A DNA stretch of 32,073 bases from an uncultured bacterium (GTDB taxonomy: Bacteria; CAZSTA01). The DNA lies in NCBI GenBank assembly GCA_964609495.1, contig CAZSTA010000017.1:1-32073 (forward strand), read 5' to 3'. Shown in pieces: positions 7,232-16,048 of the stretch. The notes below the pieces were generated by a model. It was not told where the DNA came from. It worked only from the letters and a program-made list of their open reading frames with translations, and made no database searches. The translations under genes and the position numbers were made by a program. Each line of letters opens with the position of its first letter. Within the stretch, counting starts at the first letter, position 1.

Positions 7232-10200
7232 ATGAAAATTAGTATGCGTATTTTGTTAGTAGCGGCTTTGGTCGTTGCTTTCGCCATCCCAGTATTTGCC
7301 CAGGCCACTTTCCCCGATATTCCAGTCAATCATTGGGCTTATGATGCTGTAAAGCAATTGGCTGATAAGGGATTGGTCATAGGCTATCCGGATGGGACCT
7401 TCAGAGGCAATAGAACTCTGACTAGATATGAGATGGCGATGATTATCGCCAGAATGTTGCCCTTAATCGAGGCCGCGAAGGTTGTTCCCGCCGAGGTTCC
7501 AGAGATAGATCTTACGCCATATGTTACTAAGGAGGATCTAGCCACTATCGAGAAGTTAGTGGTGGAGTTCGCCGATGAGCTGGCCTCTTTAGGCGTTCGG
7601 GTAACCGCGGCTGAGGATAAGATCAAGGGCCTCCAGGCTGATATTGTCGCTGTCAAGGACTTCGCTGTAGCCGTCAAAGATGATGTTGAGATGGTAAAGG
7701 GCGATGTTGCGGCGAACAAGGAAGATATATCTTCTCTTCTAGGAGAGCTAGCGGGGCTTAAAGATGCCTTAGACACCTTAAAGGCTCAGGTCGCAGATCT
7801 TGCTGCGATACCTGCACCTGTAGTTGTCGATCTCTCCGAAGTAGAGGCTAGAATAGCTGAGTTGGAGGCTAAAATAGCTGAGTTGGAGGCAGCATTAGGG
7901 ACTATAGATATCTCTGCGCTCGAAGTGGAGATTGAGGCGATAAAGGCTGAGATAATGGCTGAGATGGAGGCGATGAAGGCTGAGATAATGGCTATGATCC
8001 CCGATGTTCCTGACATTGAGGGAGTCAAGGGCGAGATCTTGGCTGAGCTTTACGCCGCCCTGGATGAGATCGAGGGGAAGATAGCTGAGCTAGAGGCCGA
8101 GATGCCTGATGTTGATGCTCTAAAGGCGGAGATAATGGCCGAGATGGATACTATGATGGCCGATATAATAGCTATGATCCCTGAGATGCCCGATATGGAG
8201 GCTTTCAAAGCCGAGATGATGGCTGAGATGGATGCTATGAAGGTTGAGATAATAGCTATGATCCCCGCCCCGGTGCCTCCTGTAGATGTTGAGGCTCTGA
8301 AGACTGAGATAATGGCTGAGCTAGATGCGGTTGAGGCTGGCTTAATCGCTAGGCTCGGCGCTCTAGAGGCCGAGATCATGGCGGTGATGCCCGATGTCGA
8401 GGCTCTGAAAGCGGAGATAATGGCCGAAGTAGAGGCTATTATTGCCGAGATATTGATTGAAATAGAGATCCCTGAGATGCCCGATATGGAGGCCTTCAAA
8501 GCCGAGATAATGGCTGAAGTAGAGGCTATGATCCCCGAGATGCCCGATATGGGGGCCTTCAAAGCCGAGATAATGGCTGAGATGGAGGCGATGAAGGTTG
8601 AGATAATAGCTGAGTTCCCCGATGTCGAGGCCGTTAAGGTTGAGATAACCGCTGAGCTCGACACCATCATGCTAGATATAGATGCCATCAGAGTCGAGAT
8701 CGAGGTTCTCAAGAAGGATGTAGCCGGAGCCTTCAGCGATATCAAGGCTGTCAAGGAGTTCGCCGTAGTGCTAAGAGGAGAGCTTACCGATCTACAGGCT
8801 GCCCAGGAGGAATTGCAGGCGGAGCTAATGGCGTTAGCCGACGAAGTCAGCAAGCTGGAAGCGGAAGTTGCTAAGATCGTCCCCATTAGCGATATCGATG
8901 CTAAGATCGAGGTCGCCATTTCTCCTGTTCAGAGTGATATCCTTTATCTGAAGGATGCCTTGGTAAAGGTCAGCGAGGATATCGCCGCTCTGAAGAAGGA
9001 GAGCGAGATGCTGAAAGCTCAGCTTGCCGCTATAACGGAGCAGGTGAACACCAACAAGGCTGATATCATCGCTCTGGGCGAGCAGATCGTAGCCTTCAAT
9101 ATCGAGGAGCTTGAGGCTAGAGTAACCACCGTCGAGGGCGAGGTTGAGACGATCAAGGCTGATATCGAGGGGATCAAGGAGGAGCTAACGAGGATAAAGG
9201 TCGGTGGTAGCGTTACAGTCAGCTTCACGGATATAGCTATAGTAGGTTCTCCTCTGGAGTGGGGAGCCTTAGATGGCGCCTTCATAGATGACGTCTGCGA
9301 TGACGACGACGATGCGATCGCAGGCGAGTCCACTTTCCAGATGGAAGCCAGCTTGGATGCCACTGTCCGAATCAAGAAGGAGGATGGAACCCTTGCCGAT
9401 CTCTCCTTGAAGGGCGAGTTCTGCGCTGGTGCTGGTGAGACCCTAACCCCTGGATCCTTAGAGCTTGATATCATAACCTTCTCCGCTATCGGTGTAGCCG
9501 AGGCTACTCTGACTATTGGAAAGATCGAGCCTCACTTCACCGATTACACCCTTTGGAACACCTATGAGCCTCCTGATATGGGTGGAGCGATCTTGGATCT
9601 CACAGTTGGTCCCTTCGCAACCACGTTAGTTGGCGCTCGTTTAGTGGATTACGATGATACCGCTGGCAGCGAGACCTACGCTCGTTATCTGTTGGGTATC
9701 AAGGGCGATATCACCATCGCTGGAATAACCGCTGGACTTTCCTACAACTCGGTCTATGATGATGTCAGCACTACCGATCAATTGCCATTCATTATACCTG
9801 GGGGAGGCATACCTCCTGAGGCTAACACCATCTATGGAGTTCACGCCACGACCACACTCGGATTCCTCAATCTCGAGGCTGAGTATGCGGCTAGCTCTTA
9901 CGATCCTGATACCACCGATACGATAGATGCCTCCGCGAACGTAGAGGATTCGTTATACTACATCAAGGACACCAGCCAGTTGCTACCTTATGATGACGCC
10001 TATCGTCTTGAGTTAGAGGCTGAGTACTATCACATCGGACCCGATTACAAGGCTAGAAGCGGTGATAATAGTGGCGCGGTTGAAGATGGTGAGGTTACTG
10101 ATGATGGAACCTGGCAGGTAAGTGGTGCTCACGATCCCGACGATCCCAGCTGCGATTATGACTATGAGTTCCCCTTCGGCGTGAACAGCGAGGGTTATCG

Positions 10201-10981
10201 AGTGGAAGCCACTAAGATCGTAATCCTGGCCGATTTACTCGACCTCAGAGGGAAATACGCGGTGAAGGATGCGAATCTAAGGGCTGCCGAGGATAAGGAG
10301 ACCACTACCACTATGTCGGGTGGCGCAACCGTCAAGCCCTTCATCCTAGAGGTAGCTGGAGACTACACTCTGGAGAGTGTCGTCACTACAGTCGCACCAT
10401 TGGCTACGGATAAGGATACCACCACCCTTGCGGCGTCGGTAGCTCTTGCGGAGGACTTCCTCAGTGGCTTAAGCGCTGGGGCCTCTTATACGAACGAGGA
10501 TGTGGACGATAAAACGGCCGCGAATGCAGATATAGTCACTACCACTATCGAAGCCAATGCTTCCTATGCCCTCGGCCTTGGTCCAGTAACCATCACTCCA
10601 GGGGTTGAGTTCAAGAACGTAACCTACGATCCTGAGCCCACTCCTATTGCTGGGACATATACAGATATGGACTACTCGCTTCTAACCTTGATGGTTGATG
10701 GTAGCATCGACTTCTTCGATGGCGAGATGACCTTAGAAGCTGGTTATAAGCAGATGTCCCGTAGCGATAGCTGGATGTTCACCGCTAGCGAGATGTATGT
10801 CGGTCTCAAGCATAGATTAGGCTTGGGTTATCTAGATGATGGTGCAGATGATCCAGCCTTAACCTTCAAATACACTATGTATGATGTCGACTTCGATACC
10901 CCATTCAAGAATGCTAATGGTGAGACAATCGATGACTGGGCAGCCGACACCATCGAGGCTGGCTTAACTCTCAAGTTCTAA
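7232..10981 (+). CDS. OmpM/SlpA-like outer-membrane tether: signal peptide, SLH domain, ~570 aa coiled-coil stalk, C-terminal beta-barrel
   Basis: FPDIPVNHWAYDAV...GYPDGTFRGNRTLTRYEMA (SLH); LVVEFADELASLGVRV stalk start typical of OmpM; alternating-residue beta-strands from about aa 655; terminal Phe (IEAGLTLKF). Confidence 0.9.
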   Translation: MKISMRILLVAALVVAFAIPVFAQATFPDIPVNHWAYDAVKQLADKGLVIGYPDGTFRGNRTLTRYEMAMIIARMLPLIEAAKVVPAEVPEIDLTPYVTKEDLATIEKLVVEFADELASLGVRVTAAEDKIKGLQADIVAVKDFAVAVKDDVEMVKGDVAANKEDISSLLGELAGLKDALDTLKAQVADLAAIPAPVVVDLSEVEARIAELEAKIAELEAALGTIDISALEVEIEAIKAEIMAEMEAMKAEIMAMIPDVPDIEGVKGEILAELYAALDEIEGKIAELEAEMPDVDALKAEIMAEMDTMMADIIAMIPEMPDMEAFKAEMMAEMDAMKVEIIAMIPAPVPPVDVEALKTEIMAELDAVEAGLIARLGALEAEIMAVMPDVEALKAEIMAEVEAIIAEILIEIEIPEMPDMEAFKAEIMAEVEAMIPEMPDMGAFKAEIMAEMEAMKVEIIAEFPDVEAVKVEITAELDTIMLDIDAIRVEIEVLKKDVAGAFSDIKAVKEFAVVLRGELTDLQAAQEELQAELMALADEVSKLEAEVAKIVPISDIDAKIEVAISPVQSDILYLKDALVKVSEDIAALKKESEMLKAQLAAITEQVNTNKADIIALGEQIVAFNIEELEARVTTVEGEVETIKADIEGIKEELTRIKVGGSVTVSFTDIAIVGSPLEWGALDGAFIDDVCDDDDDAIAGESTFQMEASLDATVRIKKEDGTLADLSLKGEFCAGAGETLTPGSLELDIITFSAIGVAEATLTIGKIEPHFTDYTLWNTYEPPDMGGAILDLTVGPFATTLVGARLVDYDDTAGSETYARYLLGIKGDITIAGITAGLSYNSVYDDVSTTDQLPFIIPGGGIPPEANTIYGVHATTTLGFLNLEAEYAASSYDPDTTDTIDASANVEDSLYYIKDTSQLLPYDDAYRLELEAEYYHIGPDYKARSGDNSGAVEDGEVTDDGTWQVSGAHDPDDPSCDYDYEFPFGVNSEGYRVEATKIVILADLLDLRGKYAVKDANLRAAEDKETTTTMSGGATVKPFILEVAGDYTLESVVTTVAPLATDKDTTTLAASVALAEDFLSGLSAGASYTNEDVDDKTAANADIVTTTIEANASYALGLGPVTITPGVEFKNVTYDPEPTPIAGTYTDMDYSLLTLMVDGSIDFFDGEMTLEAGYKQMSRSDSWMFTASEMYVGLKHRLGLGYLDDGADDPALTFKYTMYDVDFDTPFKNANGETIDDWAADTIEAGLTLKF
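7925..8660 (+). repeat. Intragenic tandem repeats in the OmpM stalk
   Basis: About 9 units like PD[MV]EA[FL]KAEIMAE[MVL]; near-identical ~50 nt DNA copies at about 8177, 8468 and 8530. Confidence 0.85.
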
Positions 10982-11003
10982 GTCTGCTTACTGTTTGATA
11001 ACG

Positions 11004-11040
11004 AAGCCTTCAGGGATGATGTTTCCCTGAAGGCTTTTTT
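11004..11040 (+). terminator. Rho-independent terminator after the OmpM-like gene
   Basis: 13 bp stem AAGCCTTCAGGGA / TCCCTGAAGGCTT followed by a T tract. Confidence 0.9.
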
Positions 11041-11081
11041 AAATATCCTTTCTCCGGAAGCTATATAAAGGAAAAAATTTA

Positions 11082-13268
11082 TTGATGTCCACCAGATATC
11101 TCGTCTTACTCATCATCACGTTGATGCCCCTTTCTGGAACTAGCCTGGTATCCGCTTCTGAGCCGATCAATATTTCCGCTCAGTTGTATGAGTTCGATTA
11201 CGCCAAAAACCTGATTACAGCCGAAGGAGAGGTGAGGATAACCTATAAAGATATAACTATCGAGGCATCCAGGATAGAGTTTGACTACGATAGGGGATTG
11301 ATAGAGGCTTATGAGAACATCATCCTTACCAAAGGGGAGGAGCGGATAGAAGGCGATATTCTAACTTACGACTTGAAGAGCGAAAAAGCTCACCTCAGAA
11401 GAGCTAATACCGTGATCGATAAGGTATTCTTATCCGGAGATAAGATCGAAATTACCGAGCATAAGGCGACTATTAACCGAGGAGAGTTTACCACCTGCGA
11501 TCTGGCATCTCCACACTATCACCTCTCAGCAGATAGAGTTATCGTATATCCCGAGGATAGATTGATAGCGAGAAATGTTGTCTTCTGGATCGGGAATTTC
11601 CCCATATTATGGATGCCCTATTATATAACCTTACTGAAGGAGGAAGGCCCTAGACGGGGCTTCGTTCCTGATGTTGGATATAACAAGAAGGACGGATTAT
11701 ATATAGCTGGAGAATTAGATTATCTTCTTTCCCTAAATTCTTACGGAAGCGTGAACTTAAAATATACTACTAGACGAGGATGGAGAACCAGTGCGACCCA
11801 TCATTATGGGATAGGGTCTTTAGGGGTAGGAAAGCTAGTACTATACTATAATTCGGGTAAAAAGGAGATCGAGGGGGAGAGTTGGGGAGTAGCGATCGAT
11901 CACAAAGGGACTTTTCCCAAGGGAGGTTGGCGCATATACTATAAATATAACCTAGATAGGGATCTTGTAACTGGCAAGGAGAAGGAAACAGTAGTAACTA
12001 GAGATCATATCTCCTTAAGAGAGGGGAATTATAATCTTACTATCTTACACTCCCTAAATGAGGATCTATCTCCTAATAACGACTATCTCTTAGATCGAAA
12101 GCCCGAGCTTACTCTATCCCTTATCGGTCTGGAGAGAATAGAAAAGGCGCCTCTACTTTACTGGGGGTATATCAATTGGGGATATTTTCAGGAAGACCCA
12201 CCAGGGAACATAGCGGATAGAACGGAACTTTATCTGAAGTTATCGAGCGACCCTATCTGGTTAAGTTCTAAAGCCCAATTTTCCTTCAATATCGACCATC
12301 GAGATGGATGGTATCATAAAAGCGATGGCGATATTGAACGGAGGATGATCGATAGCAATGGAATAGGATTAACCACCAACTTATATGGGCCGAGGGCTAT
12401 TCTCAATTTGAACTATTCCTATACCTATATAGATGGCAAATCGCCCTTCTGGTTCGATTCTGCGACGATGTTGGGAATAGAGAATACGAATCTCCTGAGA
12501 GGAACTTTATCTCTCGGAGGAGACCTACTAAGTAACGGTTATAAGAAGTGGGAGGGAAATGTAAACGCTAGTTATGATTTCCTATTGGAGGAATACTCCG
12601 ATATAACAAGCGATTGGATTTTCAGACCCGACTTAACTACCAATTTGAGGATGGGATTACGATATGGCTTGATAGAACCTGAGGATGAAGAGGAGGAGGT
12701 TTGGCGTCTTAAATCTATATCTGCGGGGGTAGGGGCAATATCGGAGGATAACAGAAGTTATATTGGCTTATTAGCGAGTTATGATACCATCGATTCCGTC
12801 TTCAGCAGGATAAGGGGAAGCACAGGAGCTACATCTGAGGATGATAAAAGAGCCATCAGTCTTCTAGCTGAATATGATGCTAAAGAACATCGAATAGATC
12901 GAGTTATCGGTCGATTGAGAGTTCAAGGAGAGCATAACTGGTCCTTGAGCGCCAAGGTTGATTATGATCCCTCTCGCTCGTCATATAAGGGAGTTGAACC
13001 GGAATTAGGGCTTTGGGTAGGAAAATGGCGTCTGAGCTTCTCCGCTAAATATAATCATATTAAAGATATATGGGATGAAACCGATTGGATCTTGGTCCGA
13101 GATCTTCATTGTTGGGAAGCGAAGTTGAAGTGGCATACCAAGAAAAGCGAAGATCTGGATGAAATAACTTTATCCTTCATCTTAAAAGCTTACCCAGAGC
13201 AGAGGATAGAGATTCCTTTAGAGTTCAGGGAGGAGGGGCTTCAGCTTCCCGAATTACCACAGCTTTAA
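11082..13268 (+). CDS. lptD: LPS-assembly protein LptD-like outer-membrane protein
   Basis: Signal peptide, OstA N-domain, FTTCDLASPHYHLSA, PILWMPYY, PDVGYNKKDG, and a C-terminal RDLHCWE motif typical of Terrabacteria LptD. Start is TTG 11082 or ATG 11085. Confidence 0.85.
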   Translation: MMSTRYLVLLIITLMPLSGTSLVSASEPINISAQLYEFDYAKNLITAEGEVRITYKDITIEASRIEFDYDRGLIEAYENIILTKGEERIEGDILTYDLKSEKAHLRRANTVIDKVFLSGDKIEITEHKATINRGEFTTCDLASPHYHLSADRVIVYPEDRLIARNVVFWIGNFPILWMPYYITLLKEEGPRRGFVPDVGYNKKDGLYIAGELDYLLSLNSYGSVNLKYTTRRGWRTSATHHYGIGSLGVGKLVLYYNSGKKEIEGESWGVAIDHKGTFPKGGWRIYYKYNLDRDLVTGKEKETVVTRDHISLREGNYNLTILHSLNEDLSPNNDYLLDRKPELTLSLIGLERIEKAPLLYWGYINWGYFQEDPPGNIADRTELYLKLSSDPIWLSSKAQFSFNIDHRDGWYHKSDGDIERRMIDSNGIGLTTNLYGPRAILNLNYSYTYIDGKSPFWFDSATMLGIENTNLLRGTLSLGGDLLSNGYKKWEGNVNASYDFLLEEYSDITSDWIFRPDLTTNLRMGLRYGLIEPEDEEEEVWRLKSISAGVGAISEDNRSYIGLLASYDTIDSVFSRIRGSTGATSEDDKRAISLLAEYDAKEHRIDRVIGRLRVQGEHNWSLSAKVDYDPSRSSYKGVEPELGLWVGKWRLSFSAKYNHIKDIWDETDWILVRDLHCWEAKLKWHTKKSEDLDEITLSFILKAYPEQRIEIPLEFREEGLQLPELPQL

Positions 13269-13474
13269 GTAGTTTCTAATACGAAGTATAGACTAAAGTC
13301 TTTATTTCGTAATCACCCTCCCCTAACTCCTCCCATCAAGGGAGGGGGAAACTGAAGAGAGCAAGTTTATCTCTCGATGTTCCCTCTCCCCTCGTGGGAG
13401 AGGAATAGGGTGAGGGGGGAAGCTATATCTTGAACTCACTGGCGAAAAACTAAGAAGAATAATAAGAAACTACT
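13268..13474. mobile_element. MITE-like element containing paired REP-like GC hairpins
   Basis: Terminal IR AGTAGTTTCTAAT / ATAAGAAACTACT (12/13). Internal CCCTCCCCTAACTCCTCCC-ATCAA-GGGAGG and CCTCTCCC-CTCGT-GGGAGAGG-AATAGGGTGAGGG. Confidence 0.6.
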
Positions 13475-13495
13475 CAAAACGGGTGATATCCGACT

Positions 13496-14577
13496 ATGTA
13501 TATCTTCGATCGTTATATACTAAGGGAGTTAGTGGGGCCATTTCTCTTTGGCGTATTCGCCTTCACGATGATTCAATTCGTCTTTCCTCTCTTCGAGGGG
13601 ATAGAATTCATAATGAATAAGGGAGCGCCCCTAAATCTAGTATTGAGCTTCCTCCTCTACAGCCTCCCGTCGATGATGGTCCTCACCCTTCCCGTATCTA
13701 CCTTGATGACCGCCCTTCTCACCTTCTCCAATCTCTCTTCCGGAGGGGAGATCACAGCTTTAAGGGTAGGAGGAGTAAGTTTCTACCGTTTGATGGTCCC
13801 TGTCTTAGCTTTCGCTTGTATGGTGAGCGTAGCGACTATAATCCTCAATGAGGAGATAGTACCTAGGGCCAATCAGGCTGTGGAAGATCTGAGATGGTCC
13901 ATAGTTTGGAAGAGGGATGTTAAACTCTCCTTAAAAGAGGTGGAGAACGAGGTTGTTCTAGTCAATAATCGCTATTATCTCATCTTTAAGAAATATCTTC
14001 CCGAAAGGGATGTCTTACAAGATGTGATGATCATTGAGCCTACCGGGGAATCAGGAACATTTCTCCAGTATATCGCTCAAGAGGCCGAATATAGCGATAA
14101 TGGTTGGGACTTCAAAAATGTGAATATCTTCGCCCTTGAGGGTGATAAAGTGACCCCTAAAGGCAGTTTCGAGAGGACTCGTTTCGAGGTAAATATAACC
14201 CCTTTAGATATAGCTCATGCTAGGCATACGAAGAGCGCCGGTCAGATGAATATGAGGGAACTTAGAGAGACGATATCAGCTAAGAGGAAGATGGGACTTC
14301 CGACTCGCAGTGAGGAAGTGGAGTTCTATCTAAAATTAGCTACTCCCTTCTCCTGCTTGATATTCGCCCTCTTTGGCGCTCCTTTAGGACTACAACCTAA
14401 TCCTCAGAGTAAGTCTGTGGGACTAGGAAAGAGTGTTATCATCGTCTTCATCTATTTTGTGATTCTCTCCCTATCCAGAGCCTTGGGAATGGGAGGACAA
14501 CTGCCTCCCATCTTAGCCGCTTGGTTGCCTAATACTATTTTTGGAGGAGCAGGGGGATATTTCTTAGCAATTAGAAC
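13496..14577 (+). CDS. LptF/LptG-family permease (3' end lost in the assembly gap)
   Basis: MYIFDRYILRELVGPFLFG, GEITALRVGGVSFYRL, PFSCLIFALFGAPLG, LAAWLPN; runs into Ns at 14578. Confidence 0.92.
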
Positions 14578-14677
14578 NNNNNNNNNNNNNNNNNNNNNNN
14601 NNNNNNNNNNNNNNNNNNNNNNNNNNNNNNNNNNNNNNNNNNNNNNNNNNNNNNNNNNNNNNNNNNNNNNNNNNNNN
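14578..14677. other. Assembly gap (100 N)
   Basis: Run of N; the true length and the contiguity of the flanks are unknown. Confidence 0.95.
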
Positions 14678-14783
14678 GGGGGGAGAATCATATCTTTCCC
14701 AGCACAAACAAAGTTTACATGCTTACACTCCTGCCCTAAAGGCAGAAGATTTCTCCATTAGATTAAATCAAAGAGGTGACATA

Positions 14784-15107
14784 GTGAAAAAGTTAGCTAT
14801 TCTATTAGTTCTGTTGATGACCCTATCACTAGGAGGTTGTTTCATCAAAGGAGCTTATGATCCTAACAAGACCTATACTGGCACCCTAATAATTAAGACC
14901 TCGCCTTCTAAAGCTGAGGCCTATGTAGATGATAAATATTTGGGGATAACGCCACTTAGATTAGAGGGGGTCCTTGGCAAGTGGTATGACATCAGGATCG
15001 AAAAGGAAGGGTATCTGAAGAAATGGGATAGGATATATCTCGAGCCTGGAACGGTTAAGGAGCTATATTATAGATTGACTGAGAGAAAATGTGAAACTTG
15101 TCCTTAG
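14784..15107 (+). CDS. PEGA-domain lipoprotein
   Basis: Lipobox LGGC; GTLIIKTSPSKAEAYVDDKYLGITP...IEKEGY PEGA pattern. Confidence 0.85.
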   Translation: MKKLAILLVLLMTLSLGGCFIKGAYDPNKTYTGTLIIKTSPSKAEAYVDDKYLGITPLRLEGVLGKWYDIRIEKEGYLKKWDRIYLEPGTVKELYYRLTERKCETCP

Positions 15108-15170
15108 CAGTTCCTCCAAAATTGATAAGATATCCTTACGAAGTCTATCCTCAGAAGGAGACCCTATATT

Positions 15171-15917
15171 ATGAGCATTTTCGTCCATAATACAGCGAAG
15201 CTGGGTCAAGATCCTCACCTAGGAGAGAACGTAGTCATCCTAGAAGGGGTTCGGATAGGGAGCGGAGTTCAGATAGGGAATAATACGGTCATCCATCCCT
15301 ATACGGAGATCGGGGATGGGGTTATGATCCACGATAATTCCGTGATCGGACGTCAGCCCAAATTGAGCGCCACCAGCACGGTCAAGCTCGAAGGTTCTCT
15401 TCCCCCTCTAGTGATCGGGGAAGAGACCTCGATAGGAAGCTCAGTAGTGCTTTATGCCGGCACAAAGATCGGGAAGAAGGCGATGATCGCCGATTTCGCC
15501 TCGGTGCGAGAGAAGTGTGTAATCGGTGATTATGTGGTAGTAGGTAGGGGAGTGGCGGTGGAGAACGAAACTACTATCGGAGATTATACCAAGATTCAAA
15601 CGGGAGCTTATATAACCGCCTATATGGTCATCGAGGATCATGTCTTCATCGCGCCGATGGTAACTACTACGAACGATAACTTTATGGGAAGAACGGAGAA
15701 GAGATTCGCCTTGAAGAAAGGCGCGCATATAAAGAGAGGGGCTAGGGTGGGAGCCAATAGCATCTTGCTACCTGCGATAACTATTGGCGAGGATTCCTTC
15801 GTTGCCGCAGGAGCTATAGTCACTAAGGATGTTCCCGCAAGGATGCTGGCTATGGGTATTCCTGCCAGAGTGATTCGTCCGGTTCCCGAGGAGGAGTTAC
15901 TCGAGAATCAAAGATGA
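15171..15917 (+). CDS. Hexapeptide-repeat sugar N-acetyltransferase (WbpD/WlbB-like)
   Basis: Left-handed beta-helix repeats, FIAPMVTTTND, VAAGAIVTKDVP; adjacent to a DegT aminotransferase. Confidence 0.85.
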   Translation: MSIFVHNTAKLGQDPHLGENVVILEGVRIGSGVQIGNNTVIHPYTEIGDGVMIHDNSVIGRQPKLSATSTVKLEGSLPPLVIGEETSIGSSVVLYAGTKIGKKAMIADFASVREKCVIGDYVVVGRGVAVENETTIGDYTKIQTGAYITAYMVIEDHVFIAPMVTTTNDNFMGRTEKRFALKKGAHIKRGARVGANSILLPAITIGEDSFVAAGAIVTKDVPARMLAMGIPARVIRPVPEEELLENQR

Positions 15918-15976
15918 TGAAGGCTAAATATAGAGCAGTAATGAGACTCTGTTGACGGGAGGAGATGGAAGTATAA

Positions 15977-16016
15977 TGGGGAAAGAATATTTCCCTCAAC
16001 CCTTTCTATATTAATA
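15977..16016 (+). repeat. ~39 bp hairpin repeat, intergenic copy A
   Basis: TGGGGAAAGAATATTTCCCTCAACCCTTTCTATATTAATA; 39/40 identical to 20579-20618. Confidence 0.9.
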
Positions 16017-16048
16017 AAGCCTCCCTCCGATGCAGAAAGGAGCATATT

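Noticed and set aside
7384-9474. Long minus-strand ORFs (7384-7776, 7786-8028, 8050-8919, 9019-9474)
   Set aside because: Ser/Ile/Ala-rich antisense shadows of the biased codons and repeats of the OmpM-like gene; no recognisable domains.
14578-14761. Extension of LptF/G to 14761, and the minus ORF 14452-14691
   Set aside because: Artefacts of translating through the 100 N gap. LptF/G proteins normally end shortly after LAAWLPN.
15952-15977. TTGACG...TATAAT promoter before the aminotransferase
   Set aside because: The spacer is only 14 bp, and the TATAAT overlaps the repeat junction.
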